Positions 12,051 through 24,578 of a stretch of DNA of 64,000 nt are shown piece after piece. Made by a program: the position numbers and the translations under genes. The notes below the pieces were generated by a model. That model ran no database searches, had not been told where the DNA came from, and worked only from the letters and a program-made list of their open reading frames with translations. Positions within the stretch are counted from its first letter, which is position 1, and each line of letters starts with the position of its first letter. The DNA is from Macrostomum lignano (Eukaryota): NCBI GenBank assembly GCA_002269645.1, contig NIVC01001170.1:186001-250000 (forward strand), in the 5' to 3' direction.

Positions 12051-15000
12051 TCAGACACCCCGATGATCGAATGCCCTGTTCAAGTAGCCCGACCGCTGAC
12101 GCTGGTGTTGGTCGAACTCGCCTCGATGCAGGCCGCCCTGCTGCCAATAATAGAAGTGATCGCTGCCGGAAAAGTGCACCCGGTCCAGCTCAGAGCCCTG
12201 ATGCCGCGTGACCTGTCTCGAGCCGTTTTGAGGCCCGGTTGGCAGACCAGCAGCCGTCGCCGAGGTTGTTGTCATGGCAACGGCTTCCGTCTGCTCCTGT
12301 TAATTTTGTTTAAATTATGTGTCAAACTTATTTCGCTTATTGGATAGCATTTAAATAATTAAAAAGTTGTGTATAAAATCTGGTTATTAGTATTTGATAA
12401 TTTTTTGCTTCAAAAGCGATAATTTCAATAAGATATCTGGTAGATTACTGATTAAACTATTACTTAAAGTAGCAAAACGCATTTTAAGCTCGAATTTCTG
12501 TCGGCCTTTCATCAAGCTGAAGTGGGTGCTGGAATTTTAAATTTATGATGAATTTTTATTTTGGCTTGTTTCTTGCTGAGTTCAAATGAGCATTTTGGGA
12601 GGCAAGCGGGTTTTGTAAGGCGCTTGTTTGAGATGGCGCGCTAAGAGACTGCGGGCGTAATTTTCTAGGGTAGTTTAGGGCGATTTCTAGGGTAGTTTAG
12701 GGCGATTTCTAGGGTAGTTTAGGGCGATTCCCTAGGGTACATGCGTTAGGGACGAGTTTATGACGATTTTCTAGGGTAGTTTAGGGCGCTTTTCTAAGGT
12801 GGTTTAAGGCCGATTTTTAAGGTAGTTTATTAGGTAGCTATTCTCAAATGTACAGCTAATTACATGTAGATATTCAAGCAATTCAATCATATGTTAGAAA
12901 TTTTGTACTTTGTACTTTTCACGCAACCACAAACTTTGGCCCAATCTGTGCAATTTAAACTGCCGAATTTCTGCTAAGAAAAATTCTAAATTCATCAACA
13001 AATGCATTGAGATTATAAATTAGCAATTCGGGAAATTTTTCGCTAAACGCGCCTTACTGATGCAAACTACTGTTAGTAGGTGAAATGCAAATAGTCGCAC
13101 TAATTTATGCTTTCTTAACAGTGCAACAGCACGGGCTCCTCTTCAATAGAGTTGCCTCGGCCATAAATTATGCCAGACTCTGAACTGGCAGCTTCATCAA
13201 TATCCCAGCTTTTCTGTTGCCGCTGCGAGTGACTCTGCTGATGCATTGAATTTGCATAGTAATAAAATTATTAGTGTTAACATAATTAGGAATACAATCA
13301 GTTTTTAATACCACAGAACTACTCCATTCGTTTCTTAGAAAATCTTTACATTATTATTTATCATGATGGTATTAAATATACTCACAAAACTTTGGCACTG
13401 TGCCCGACAATTTGAGTTAGAAGCCTTTTAGGATGTTAAAAAAGACATTCAGTAAAATTTAGTAAAGGATTAGTGGGCTGTTAAAAAACTTAAGTAGCAG
13501 CAAGAGTTTAGTGTATTAAAAATGGCATACAGGTGTACTTTAACGCCAGTATACCTTCGGAATGAATAGCAAAGCGACTAACGCCGAGGTCAGGGTGGCC
13601 AGCGTTGCTATGCTGAAAGCGCGTTGGTTAATAGTGCAGACAATTAACAGGTAAGAGTGGCGCCAGTTAGTGCTAGTGGGTACGAGAGACACAGAGGGAT
13701 CTAGACACGAGAGACACCAGGGGGATCTAGACACGAGAGACACCAGGGGGATGTAGACACGGAAGACACCAGGGGGATCTAGACACGAGAGACACCAGGG
13801 GGATCTAGACACGAGAGACACCAGGGGATCTAGACACGATAGACACCAGGGGGATCTAGACACGATAGACACCAGGGGGATCTAGACACGAGAGACACCA
13901 GGGGGATCTAGACACGAGAGACACCAGGGGCATCTAGACACGGGAGACACCAGGGGGATCTAGACACGAGAGACACCAGGGGGATCTAGACACGGGAGAC
14001 ACCAGGGGGATCTAGACACGGGAGACACCAGGGGGTTCTAGACACGATAGACACCAGGGGATCTAGAGACGGGAGACAGCAGGGGGATCTAGACACGCGA
14101 GATACCAGGGGGATCTAGACACGAGAGACGCCCCAGAGTAGTTTTAGAGTGGTTGCAGGTAACACAGGTAAAATAGGAAAGAAGTTAATCTATACGACTC
14201 TAAAATGACGAGATGTCACTGTACAAGTCGCCAAAAAGTTGTCAAAGAGCATTTTTGAGACGTTTTATTGTCTGCTAGATGGGCCACTCAGGCACATACC
14301 TAGTAAAACAGCTTTCTTCTACTTTCAGTTCAGTAGCAATGAAGAATACATAAGCTATTTTAAGATAATAAAGGCAGCTGAAATGACTTTGATAAGTTTA
14401 GAAGCCCAAGCTTAACAGTAGGATGGAAACAACCGAGGAAGTTAATAATAGTTAGGGCGGCAAGGCGGTGGTAGAGGTTCTGTGTGGATGTGGAGTTTGA
14501 GGGTTTAAGCTTGGGAGGGGGTAAGAGCCAATAAATAAAAAATACATTAAAATGCTTCAGTTTAACTTACTACTGAACTGAAAGTAGCTTACACGCAAAT
14601 GTGCTGAGTGGCCCATTTAGTTATTCAAGTGTCTGTGGACACAACAAAATGACTCCGTCGCATTTACAGTCGTTTGCGTCATTAAAAAGTCACAAGAGTC
14701 GCTAGAGCCACTAGTGAGTCACTAGGGAACCAGCATTCCCACATGAAAAATCCCATCAGCCCAGCATTGCTACCCATGCGCTAAAAAGCTTACCGGCATG
14801 TCAGCCTCGGGCACCTGCAGCTCCTTCATGCTGGCCTTGTTGCGCGAGTCGTGCAGACACTTCAACAGCAGGTCGGGTGTCAGCGACACGGCAGTCAGTA
14901 CCAGCATAATCAACCAGCTGACTGGCTGCTTGTTAATATCGAAATACACCCACAGAAAATTATTGAAAGCGAAAAAATTTACTCCGATTATGTTGTACAC

Positions 15001-18000
15001 GGACATGACTAGGATAAAGCCGACCACGGTGACCACCAGGCCAATAAGGGTCGGCACATTGATGCTGTACGTCACCAGCACAAGGCGAAGCGTGACACAG
15101 ATCATCACGCACTGGACTACTAGGGCGCCGAACTCGAACACGCCGTAGTTGAAGGTGGCGTTGATGCCCATCTGTGAGTAAATTGGGTTGGGTTGCGGAG
15201 AGTCTAGATCCCATTGTGTCTAGATCCCATTGTGTCTAGATCCCATTGTGTCTAGATCCCATTGTGTCTAGATCCCATTGTGTCTAGATCCCACTGTGTC
15301 TAGATCCCACTGTGTCTAGATCCCATTGTGTCTAGATCCCATTGTGTCTAGATCCCATTGTGTCTAGATCCCACTGTGTCTAGATCCCATTGTGTCAAGA
15401 TCCCACTGTGTCTAGATCCCATTGTGTCTAGATCCCATTGTGTCTAGATCCCATTGTGTCTAGATCTCATTGTGTTTAGATCCCATTGTGTCTAGATCCC
15501 ATTGTGTCTAGATCCCATTGTGTCTAGATCCCATTGTGTCTAGATCCCATTGTGTCTAGTAGATCCCATTGTGTCTAGATTCCACTGTGTCAAGATCCCA
15601 CTGTGTCTAGATCCTATTGTGTCTAGATCCCATTGTGTCTAGATCCCATTGTGTCTAGATCCCATTGTGTCTAGATCCCATTGTGTCTAGATCCCATTGT
15701 GTCTAGATCCCACTGTGTCTAGATCCCACTGTGTCTAGATCCCACTGTGTCTAGATCCCACTGTGTCTAGATCCCATTGTGTCTAGATCCCATTGTGTCT
15801 AGATCCCACTGTGTCTAGATCCCATTGTGTCAAGATCCCATTGTGTCTAGATCCCACTGTGTCTAGATCCCATTGTGTCTAGATCCCATTGTGTCTAGAT
15901 CCCATTGTGTCTAGATCCCATTGTGTCTAGATCCCACTGTGTCTAGATCCCATTGTGTCTAGATCCTACTGTGTCTAGATCCCATTGTGTCTAGATCCCA
16001 TTGTGTCTAGATCCCATTGTGTCTAGATCCCATTGTGTCTAGATCCATTGTGTCTAGATCCAATTGTGTCTAGATCCAATTGTGTCTAGATCCCATTGTG
16101 TCTAGATCCAATTGTGTCTAGATCCCATTGTGTCTAGATCCTACTGTGTCTAGATCCTACTGTGTCTAGATCCCACTGTGTCTAGATCCCACTGTGTCTA
16201 GATCCCACTGTGTCTAGATCCCATTGTGTCTAGTAGATCCCATTGTGTCTAGATCCCATTGTGTCTAGATCCCATTGTGTCTAGATCCAATTGTGTCTAG
16301 ATCCCATTGTGTCTAGATCCCATTGTGTCTAGATCCAATTGTGTCTAGATCCCATTGTGTCTAGATCCTACTGTGTCTAGATCCCACTGTGTCTAGATTC
16401 CATTGTGTCTAGATCCCATTGTGTCTAGTAGATCCCATTGTGTCTAGATCCCATTGTGTCTAGATCCAATTGTGTCTAGATCCCATTGTGGCCGGGGCTG
16501 TTGCCCCCAGGACCCCGGGTCCTGCACGTAATGGCGTGGTGAACTATCTGTGCAGTATGAGACTGGTATGGCCTTTATCCCAGCCAGCGATGCTCACACC
16601 TGCCTCCCCTGGCGGGCTGATAGCTCAAGAGACTCTGTCTCCTGGTTTTCACCTTGCAAGGCGCACTTCGAAGGGTACTCGTCCCGTGGGTGTTAAGGCA
16701 GGCCCCCTTGGGCCCTGCCGAGCTGATTCGTTGGCGCCGGGTCCTGGTGTGACCATAAACGCACCCTCTAATGTCCCAGTGTAACTCCGTGCTGATGGAC
16801 GCTTGGCCAGGGAGTAGTCTGGTCGCTAACGGTTCCCCTTGCGCTTTTGGGTCCCCCCGCAGGGTGGTATTTTGCTTTTTGGGGGCCTGCCGCTTGGTTT
16901 GGGGTTGCGGCCTTGCGGCTCTTTGCCTGTGTTCTGCAGGAAGTCCCACCTTTTTACTTCCAGCCAATGGCTTCTAACCGAAGTAACAAACCGGCTGTGG
17001 ATGACACAGTGCCTCCGGCCTCGGCTGGGGCCGTGGACTCCTCGGCCATACCACCTGCTACCATCGGGGACGCCTCGGCGAGACCCGTGGAGCCAACTCT
17101 GAGCGGTGCCTCCGAGAAGACACCTGCTACTCCAGCTGCTAAGAAACGCAGCACCACCTCTGGAGCTGCCCGCCGTCGACTTAACAAGGCGAGGCGGGCC
17201 AAGGAGGGCGGAAGCCAAACCGGTGCCAGGGGCCAACGGCCCGCGGCAGCGGAAGCTTCCCAGTCTGGGGCGGTGGCGGAAGAGGGCCTCGAGCCCACGG
17301 AAGCCCCTGCCCAGGATAGGGAGGCCGATGCAGCCGGGAGGGTGGACAGCCCACCTGAAGAAAGCTCCACTGACCCCCGGGCCTCCTACGCTGATGCGGC
17401 AAAGAGGCAACCGGCGGTTGTCATCCTGGGAAAGGACGCGCGCCTGTCTCCCGATCAGCTGAAGCAGGTGAGAAGTGCCGTTGATGGCCTCCTGTGGAAG
17501 CAAACTCTGAAGGGCACGCCTCTGAACATTCATTCGAATGCGACGAGGGACTCGTGCCTTCTCATTTGGCCCAGTGATGCTGACTCGGGTCGGCGGCTCC
17601 TTGAGCTGCTGCCCGAGCAGAGCTGGGACCTCAACCTAGCCTTCTGCAGAGAGGACGAGCGCCCCCGGACCAAGAGGCATCGAATCTGGGTCCCGGCCAG
17701 GAGCGTTGTTACCTCTGCTGACGAGCTCCGGAAAGGACTGCTAGCAGTCAACCGGGAGCTTCCCGCCGCGGGCCTAGTGGTGCATGACACCCTTAAGCGC
17801 ACCGACGGCACTGGCTTCACAGCCATCCTGGGGCTGTCGGACGCCTGGATGAGGCGTTATCCACACGGCAGCTTCATCAACGTCGGCCTTTGGAAGCTGC
17901 GCATCCGCTCCTACGAGGCCGACCCTCCCCGTGGCAGTGAGCAGGGCGGGCGGGATGCGGAGGCGGCCGGGGCCGAGGCGCAAGCCTCTGCTCAGACTGC

Positions 18001-21000
18001 CAAAGCAAACCGCCCTGCCCGGCAGCACGGCCGCGCGGGCAAAGCTGAGCGCGCTGCTGAGGGCGGAGGCGACCGACGCCCGGCGCGCAGCACCAAGCGG
18101 CGCGGCCTGTACCAGCGTGCAGCTGAGGCAGTCCGTACCGCCAAAATCTCCCAGCTGAGGCGAGAGGTCGCCGGGACGCCTAGGCGCACCAGTTCGTCCA
18201 GGGAGGGTGGGGACGTCCCAGCTGGGCCCAACCCCTCGGGGCAGGGCCGACTGGAGACGGACCCGCCTGCCCAGGCGGCTGGCTGCTCCAGGGCATTGGG
18301 CCAATCTGAGGCGGAGGACCCCATGGATGGTGGGCAAAGGGCGGCGAACGCTGCCTACTGCCTTCCGCCAATCGGGGGCCTTTTGCTGAAGAAGAGCCCA
18401 TGGACACCGGCGACCCCGACCCGAAGCCGGTGAGCGCCGAGGAGGAGGAGGAACTCCTGGCGGCTGCAACATCCGATCTGCAATGATGCCAGCGACTACC
18501 TGGTGTCTGCAGATCAACACCCAGCACTGCGTGGCGGCGTCGGTCAACCTGATGCGCACGGCAGAGCAACAGCTTCCGGGCCTGGTCTTCGTACAGGAGC
18601 CCTGGATGACTAAAGGTAAGCCAAATAATGTGCCATCTGGCTACCACTGTTTTTGCATGGCGGGCTCTCAGCCTCGCCCAAGATCTCTGGTCTTTGCTGC
18701 AAAAGCTTTTGAGGCATGGATGAGACCTGATCTCTCGACTGGGGACATCTGTGTTGTTCAAATCAATAACCTCATTCCCAATAAACCTGTGCTGGTAGCT
18801 TCTGCCTATTTCCCGGGCGATGCCCCAGTTGTCTGCGACGCGTTAGTCAACCTTACTGACTATGCTGCGTCCCATCGGTTCGAGCTGCTCATTGCAGGGG
18901 ATGTGAACGCACACCACCTGCATTGGGGCAGCAAGAACATCAATAGCAGAGGCGAGGAGCTGCTGGCCTATGTCAGCAGCACTAACCTTAACTTCTGTAA
19001 CGTGGGCAATGCACCAACGTTCAATAATGGGCGGTGGGCCGAAGTCATCGACACCACCATCGCCTCACCCGGACTGCTTTCCGCAGTTACGGGCTGGCGA
19101 GTGTGGGACGAGGACTCGCTCTCGGACCACCGCTTTATCCGCTTTTGCATTGGGCCGACCAAGCAAAAGCCTAAGGTCACTTGGAGTCGGAACGTCAGGA
19201 ACACCGATTGGGCCGCCTTTGGCTCGAAGCTGAGCCGCGGCCTTCGGGATCTTGACCCCCCCAGTGACCTCTCTGACTGCCAGGTGGTGGACGATCTCGC
19301 CTCCTCCCTGGGCGGGGCGATCACCACTGCCTTTGAAGCAGCCTGCCCCCTAAAGGCCTATAAAGGCAAGAAATCTGCTCCCTGGTGGAACCCAGAGCTC
19401 GGGGCCCTTCGGCGCCGAGCCAGGACCCTCCAAAGGCGAGCGCTCAAAACCAAAGACCCATCTGACAGAGAGGCCTATACCCGTGCGATCCACGAGTTTA
19501 AGGGCCAAGTCAGAAGGGCCAAGACGGCCAAGTGGCGCCAATATTGCGAAGGGCTTGAGGGCTCTCGCCCCGTAGCCCGCGTGGTTAAGGCACTCACTAA
19601 TGACCGTTTTTCTAAACTCTCTGTTGTGAAGAGACCTGACGGCTCGGTCACAGAGAGTTCGGAAGAGACTCTAGAGCTCATGCTCAACAGTTTCTTCCCT
19701 AAATCTCCGACTCAGCAGGGCCCGCCCGACCACACAGTGGGAAGGCAAGGCCTAGCAAAGTCTATGATCACCAAAGACCGCATTATTAGAGCGGCAAGGT
19801 CCTTTAACCCGTTCAAGGCGCCTGGGCCCGACGGCATCTACCCAGCGTTCTTGCACGAGGCGGTGAAAAACCACCGCTTCCTGGACCTGCTCTGTCGTCT
19901 CCTTCGAGCTTGTATGGAGCTGGGCTATGTACCAGTTGCATGGAGAGAGGCCCGGGTGGTCTTTATCCCCAAGCCTGGAAAGAGCGACTACCAATCGGTG
20001 AAGGCCTTCAGGCCTATCAGCCTCACTTCTTTCTGCCTCAAGCTCCTCGAGAGACTGGTGCTTTGGCGCCTACTTTCGGTCGAGCTGAAGCGCTTCCCAC
20101 TCTCGCAGAACCAGCACGCCTTCCGCGCGGGCAGGTCAACCGAGAGTGCTCTCCATGTCATTGTTGACTTCCTGGAGAGGGCCGTTCTTGGCAGCGGCTT
20201 TGCCCTCTCGCTTTTCCTGGACATTGAGGGGGCCTTCGACAACGTCATCTTCGAGGCCTTTTGCAGAGCCCTGGAATCCAGGGCCACGCACCCTCACCTT
20301 GTCCGGTGGATCATGTTCATGATCCGAAACCGCACTGTTGTGGCCCACCTGAGCGGCAGCTCTCTTTCGGTGCCTGTCCTGAAAGGGGGCCCCCAGGGCG
20401 GCGTTCTCACCCCCGTTCTCTGGAACATGGTCATGGATGAGTTGCTTTGCAGTGATCTCCACGACCCCATTCTCAAGGTGGGCTATGCCGATGATGTGAC
20501 CGCGATATGCGCGGGCCCCTCGGTTGATACCATCAGAGACCTTCTGCAGGGCTTTCTGGGACGAGCGGAGCGTTGGGCAGACCAATGTGGCCTTAGACTC
20601 TCAGAGTCGAAAACCACAGCAGTCATGTTTACCAACAAACTGCTCTGGACCATTAAGCCCCTCACCCTCTATGGAAAGAATATTTCCATGGAAAAGCAGG
20701 TCCGCTGCCTGGGCCTCACTCTGGACCACAGGCTTAACTGGACTCCGCACATTCAAACTAAAGCCAAAAAAGCCCTGGCTGTACTGGCTCAGATCAGGCG
20801 CGCCGTGGGCACCACCTGGGGGCTCACCCCCAGGAAGCTGTGGTGGATTTACACTGCCATCATCCGCCCCTCGATCAGTTACGCCAGCCTCGTGTGGGCT
20901 AGCGGCCTGAGCGTCAAGAGCAACCTCGACGCTCTCTACAAAATCCAGGGCAGAGCCTGCCGCATGACTATGGGCGCTCCACCCTCTACTCCTTTTGAAG

Positions 21001-24000
21001 GCATGAATGCCTTCCTCTGTGCCCCTCCTTTGGATATTTATATCAAAGGAGAGGCGGCGAAGAGCACCCGGCGTCTTCTGGATGCTGGGGTGGCCTTCAA
21101 GAAAGTGCGGGCCTTTAAGAAGCGGTCGCTTATCCCGCACTCTGACCTCTGCCTCAAGGCTCTCGAGGAGTGTGGCGGGCTCAACATCCTCACGGACTCG
21201 ATCCCAGCCACCCTTCTCCTGAGCCAAAGGTATAAGGTCACCATTCAGCCTCGACACGAGGCGAGTGACAGCTGGAGCGACTCTGAAGTCCACTGTTACA
21301 CTGACGGCTCTATGAGGCATGGTCTTTCAGGCTTCGGAGCTTGCGTCTTCTTCAAGGGAGAAGTGGTGTGGAGCTACTCCCAGCACACTGGGCTCAATTC
21401 CAGTGTTTTTCAGAGCGAGGTGCTTGCCATCAGCTCCTGCGCGGCAGAGCTGCGCCGAAGGCAGCTTAGCGGCCGGAAATTTATTTTTCACTCTGACAGC
21501 CAAGCAGCCCTTCGGGCCCTCTGCCGCAGCACCGCCAGCTCCAGGTCCGTCCTGGACTGCAACACCCAGCTCAACGGGCTTGCGCTAGGCAACCAGGTGG
21601 AGCTCAGATGGATCCCGGGCCACGCCGGCTTCCTCGGCAACGAGCGCGCTGACCTGCTGGCCAAGGCTGGCTCCGCCGGCGCGCTATTGGGGCCGGGCCC
21701 GGGTGCCCCCATCCCCGCCTCGGTAATCAATTCCCGCGTTAAGCGCTGGGCTGACTCCGAGCATCTCCGCAGGTGGCACGACACCCGGAATTGTAGGCAA
21801 TCCCGTGCTGCCGTCCCCTGTCCCTCTCCTCTCCTGCGTAGAGCCCTCCTCAGGCTCAACCGCAGAGACCTCAGAGCAGTTAGCATGGCCCTCTCCGGGC
21901 ATGGCTGCTTCTCTCGCCACCGCTTCCTTCAGGGCCAAGTACCCGAGGAGCGGTGCCCCTTCTGCCGCTCAGGCAGTGAAAACGCCGAGCATTTTATCTG
22001 CCACTGCCCGGTTTTCACCAGGGCCAGGCTTACTCACCTCGGGCCAAACCCGGTTCTCTCCGACGTTTGCAGGCCCGAGAGCATCCCGCTGCTCGCCCGG
22101 TACCTCAGGGACACCGGACGAGCTGATTTCTTCCCCACCGTCGGTGAGGAGGACCGCGCTGCAGGCGAGACCGACGGGTCCCCCTGAGCGACACCACTTC
22201 AACGGAAGTCGTTGGTCGCCAGGGGCTAGCGGAATGGGCGGTCTCCTCCGCCTCCTCGCTGCATCCGCCGGACGCCCCCTGCAGCTAAGTCAAGTAAGTC
22301 AAGATCCCATTGTGTCTAGATCCCATTGTGTCTAGATCCCACTGTGTCTAGATCCCATTGTGTCTAGATCCCATTGTGTCTAGATCCCATTGTGTCTAGA
22401 TCCCACTGTGTCTAGATCCCACTGTGTCTAGATCCCATTGTGCCTAGATCCCATTGTGTCTAGATCCCATTGTGTCTAGATCCCATTGTGTCTAGATCCC
22501 ACTGTGCCTATTTAAAAAGTCGTTCCTAAATCCCCTAATGCCCAGAGACCACATAAACTAGCAGGGTCTAACAGATATAACCTACCTGGTCATTAACGGC
22601 CAACACGGCCACAACACCGTAGTGACAGCACACGGAATGCCAGAGTCCCAGGGCGCACCAGATTAACAGATCTCGCCACCAGAGCAGCCTGTTAGAGGCA
22701 ATAGTAATGTACAGCTCCGGCTCCTGATACAGCCGGTACCGATGCACATGCTGCTCAAAGATGCCAAAGAGCAGAATAGGCAGCGAGGTCATAGTCATGT
22801 TATAAATGGTCAAGTAGATTGTATCATAGAGAGACTGGGCGCTGAAGCCCGAATGGAAAGCGTAAAACAGTTCGGCCGTGATGAAGGCGACATTCTTATA
22901 GAAGAAATACTGCACCAAGGTTGCCAGGCGGACATAGTACAGGTGGCCGTGGAAAAGCAGCGCCTTTCTAAGAAACTGGAATCTGGCGAAGGCGTAGTCG
23001 GAGTTGAGCGCGGCTGCGCGGCCCTCCTTGCCGTAGAGGCCGACGCCGACGTGCGCCTCGCGGATCATCGACACGTCGTTTGCGCCGTCACCGATGGCGC
23101 AGGTGACCGGCTTGGGCTCGACACCGTTGCGCACCTGGTTGCCAAGGAGGAGGCTTTGATCAATGGTTACCATGACAACCAGGAAACTATATAAAATTGC
23201 CAGTTTCATATTAAGATGAAACCGAAAACTCTGCAAAAAATCTTTAATTAGATGTTACCATGGCAACCAAAGTAGTATCTATTGTATCATAGCAACAATT
23301 TTTCATTTTTGCCGAATAAAAATGGGCCGGCCACAATTTTTTTGTGACCGAAAAAATTGTGACACAGCTTCTGTCATGCTTGTGACCATCAAGTGGGACC
23401 GTGATGTGACCGTCAGTTAACTATGTGACTCTCCGATGTGACCGTGTGACCATCAGTTAACTATGTGACTCTCCGATGTGACCGTGTGACCGTCAGTTAA
23501 CTATGTGACTCTCCGATGTGACCGTGTGACCGTCAGTTAACTATGTGACTCTCCGATGTGACTGTGTGACCATGAGTTAACTATGTGACTCTCCGATGTG
23601 ACCGTGTGACCGTCAGTTAACTATGTGACTCTTCGATGTGACCGTGTGACCGTCAAATAAACGAGTGACCGTTCATTTGACGGTCACATTGTAGGTCACA
23701 TGCTATACCGTTGTTTAAAGGTCACAAAACGGTCACATTTAGTCTATTTGTTGATAGAGTGATAGAATTAGGTGCTTTAAATAAATAAATAGACACTATA
23801 TGTTTCCATGGTTACACACGGTAATGCGCTTAAGGCCTTGAGCAATAAAAATCTGTACTCTTACAGCAGCATTACATGGAAAGCAATCATCCAGCTCACC
23901 ATAGCAACCACGCGGGCCTTCTGCAACGGCGTGCACCGGCAGCACAGCACCGCGGAGGTCAGCTGGCACAGCGCCAAAAATTCCGCCTTCAATTCGGCGC

Positions 24001-24290
24001 TGTTCTCCGCTACCAGGAATTGCAGCGACTGGCCGTCGACAACCAGGCAGTAGCGGCGGCCCGCCTGCTGGTAGCCGCCGTCGCCTGCGGAAATTTCCTC
24101 CCGTCCTCGGCGGACCTCCGCCAGGCAGCCGGCCTGGGACTGCTGCTCCACTATGCGGATGCGCTGCATGGTGTCGTCGAAGTGCCCGGCAGACAGGCTG
24201 ATGTTCTCGGCTGTCTCGCGCTTGTCTCCGGTCAGGATCCACACCTGATTGGGGGACAGGGGCTGCGTGATAATGGCAGACAGACAGGCG

Positions 24291-24326
<36 letters not shown>

Positions 24327-24333
24327 GGCAGGC

Positions 24334-24406
<73 letters not shown>

Positions 24407-24433
24407 GGCAGACAGACAGACAGACAGGCAGGC

Positions 24434-24491
<58 letters not shown>

Positions 24492-24521
24492 GCAGACAGA
24501 CAGACAGACAGGCAGGCAGGC

Positions 24522-24578
<57 letters not shown>

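Larger units (their letters stand above)
16491..22303 (+). mobile_element. Full-length non-LTR retrotransposon of LOA/R1-like type, antisense in P4-ATPase intron 8
   Basis: Sharp 5' boundary with the 16-bp array at 16491. Two ORFs, a GC-rich structured 3' UTR and a (TAAGTCAAG)2 tail, after which the same array resumes. ORF2 has the APE-RT-RNase H-CCHC layout typical of the LOA/R1/Tad1 groups. Confidence 0.93.
15203..22507. repeat. Intronic 16-bp minisatellite (CTAGATCCCATTGTGT) split by the retrotransposon: 15203-16490 and ~22300-22507
   Basis: The same unit is present on both sides of the element. Confidence 0.95.

Noticed and set aside
13540-13680. Hydrophobic peptide ..LATLTSALVALLFIPKVYWR resembling class C GPCR TM7
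   Set aside because: It is isolated inside a flippase intron with no other GPCR exons; a different frame gives a better spliced exon.
22228-22295. Second HDV-like core in the retroelement 3' UTR (GCC-TCCTCGC-TGC-ATCCGCC-GG...GCTAA)
   Set aside because: P3 is imperfect and no P2 partner exists. The region folds more simply as 3' UTR stems (GCGAC/GTCGC, CAGGGG/CCCCTG).
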